The translations under genes and the position numbers were made by a program. Below, in pieces: positions 62,581 through 64,000 of a stretch of DNA of 64,000 bases. Under the pieces are notes generated by a model. It was not told the DNA's origin. It did not search any database and was given only the letters and a program-made list of their open reading frames with translations. Positions within the stretch are counted from its first letter, which is position 1. Each line of letters opens with the position of its first letter. The DNA is taken from contig CAJXUN010000025.1 in NCBI GenBank assembly GCA_913061475.1, positions 1,427 to 65,426 on the forward strand, read 5' to 3'. The stretch comes from an uncultured Colwellia sp. (GTDB lineage Bacteria > Pseudomonadota > Gammaproteobacteria > Enterobacterales > Alteromonadaceae).

Positions 62581-63924
62581 ATGAAAAGTGATGTCTCATT
62601 AGCCCGTGTTAAACAGTTTCCGATATTGATGTGGATCTTATTGTTTGGTTCATTTATTACGCGCGGCAGCTATTACATGGTTTGGCCGTTTTTAGCGGTA
62701 ATTCTCTATGATAAGTTTGCCTTATCAGCCACACATGTCGGACTTATTCTTTCAAGCGCTGCGGTTATTTCTGTGTTGGTGAGTTTTGTTGGAAGTGCAC
62801 TCTCTGACCGTATTGGCCGCCACCCATTAATGTACTTCAGTGGTCTTTTATATATCATTTCTTTTTCATTATTAGCACAAGCAAACTCTATTGTTGGCTA
62901 TGCGTTAGTGATCACGCTGTGCTCGATTGCGACGGCGTTATGGCGACCACTAGCTTCTGCGTTAATTGGCGATATAATTAAAGATAACAGCACCCGTGAA
63001 CTCGCCATGCAATCATTATATTTTATTGTTAATGTCGGTTGTGCTGTGGGTCCTATGCTTGGACTATGGCTGGGTTTAACTGGAGAGCAGTCTAGTTTTT
63101 ACATTACTGCAGGGGCTTTTGCTTTTCTATTAGTGCTTCTATGGTGGGGGTTTCATCAGCATAAGAAGTTTGACAGCGAAGAAGGAGGCAACACTAAGAC
63201 AGCGGTTATCGATAGCACAGTAAACAACCATATTTTAACGCCTGAACCAACTCAAACTCATGCCCAAGCTAAAGTAAAAAAGCCGCTAAACAATAAGAAT
63301 AAAAGTCAACTTCTTAAGGTATTAGCTGCAGATAAATTATTGCAATGTCTTATTTTTGCGAACATTTTATGTATGTTCATTTATGCGCAAATGGACAGTT
63401 CACTTATTCAGTATTTAACACGTGCTAAAGTGCCTGATCTACTTGAACTGATCTCAGCAATGATTCTTACCAATGCGTTAGTGATTATCTCAACCCAATT
63501 TTTATTATTAAAGTTGATGGCAAGTTTATCGCTCGTCAATCGAATACAAGTAGGCCTAGTATTATTGATGTGCTCACAAGTTTGGTTAGCGGTTAATCCA
63601 TTGACGCTATTTTGGGGCTGGATAGGTGCGATTGTGGTGATGAGCTTAGCTGAAACTATTCTTTTCCCTACCATGAATGTTCATATTGACCGCCTAGCTC
63701 CTGCGCACCTGCGTGGCGCGTATTTTGGCGCAGCGTCGTTTTATGAATTTGGCTTTGCGATAGCGCCGCTTGGCGGTGGTATTATCCTCGACCAACTTGG
63801 AGGCTCTTGGCTGTTCTTTATAACCGCAGGTTTAACATTGCTGGTTATCTATCTTTATAGCGTATTGAATGACTTACCCAGACCCGACTTTACAAAATTT
63901 AAACCACAGTCAACTACCGAGTAA
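62581..63924 (+). CDS. MFS transporter with a long hydrophilic central loop
   Basis: It has 12 predicted TM segments and the motif LSDRIGRHP in loop 2-3. The ATG has AGGAAG 4 nt upstream. The ORF track starts at GTG 62563. Confidence 0.85.
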   Translation: MKSDVSLARVKQFPILMWILLFGSFITRGSYYMVWPFLAVILYDKFALSATHVGLILSSAAVISVLVSFVGSALSDRIGRHPLMYFSGLLYIISFSLLAQANSIVGYALVITLCSIATALWRPLASALIGDIIKDNSTRELAMQSLYFIVNVGCAVGPMLGLWLGLTGEQSSFYITAGAFAFLLVLLWWGFHQHKKFDSEEGGNTKTAVIDSTVNNHILTPEPTQTHAQAKVKKPLNNKNKSQLLKVLAADKLLQCLIFANILCMFIYAQMDSSLIQYLTRAKVPDLLELISAMILTNALVIISTQFLLLKLMASLSLVNRIQVGLVLLMCSQVWLAVNPLTLFWGWIGAIVVMSLAETILFPTMNVHIDRLAPAHLRGAYFGAASFYEFGFAIAPLGGGIILDQLGGSWLFFITAGLTLLVIYLYSVLNDLPRPDFTKFKPQSTTE

Positions 63925-64000
63925 GTTTATAAATTATCTCCTGCAATAATAGGTAACGGTAAGTAATTTCGAACCTTGAGGGGAAAGTAACGGTTAAAAT

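Noticed and set aside
1-64000. I searched the whole window for defence islands, prophage or mobile-element hallmarks, CRISPR arrays and rRNA/tRNA genes.
   Set aside because: I found no integrase, transposase, reverse transcriptase, restriction/modification, toxin-antitoxin or Cas-like ORFs. There are no spaced direct repeats and no tRNA-like sequence. Gene order follows conserved core synteny known from Pseudomonas, Vibrio and E. coli.

Overview
This is a visibly AT-rich gammaproteobacterial chromosome segment. Gene content and synteny look Alteromonadales/Colwellia-like, but that is inference only. About 60 tightly packed genes are present, and almost all are core housekeeping. They include etfBA plus ETF-QO, purL divergent from mltF, tadA-hemW-rdgB, yggT-proC-yggS divergent from pilT-pilU, rsmE-gshB-yqgE-ruvX, metK, murI, dapA, cinA and an RND efflux pair. 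I found no rRNA or tRNA genes, no CRISPR array, no integrase, transposase or phage genes, and no recognisable defence system, so this is not an obvious accessory island. Six things deserve a second look. (1) An operon has a TonB-dependent receptor translationally coupled between an acetolactate-synthase-like TPP enzyme and two citryl-CoA-lyase-sized citrate-synthase-fold proteins (1645-7312). (2) A ~280-bp three-stem imperfect palindrome abuts the cinA stop codon (22999-23278). (3) Methionine gamma-lyase appears to have a sigma-54 promoter plus TyrR-type boxes, next to a divergent GAFTGA-containing TyrR/PhhR-like activator. (4) A textbook SoxR box with a 19-bp spacer promoter faces a small leader ORF and a VOC/glyoxalase gene. 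(5) An uncharacterised operon encodes a 108-aa protein, a DUF342 protein and a DUF2884 protein. (6) DapA is plant-like and a nitroreductase is iodotyrosine-deiodinase-like. All functional calls rest on motif recognition by eye and none was checked against a database.
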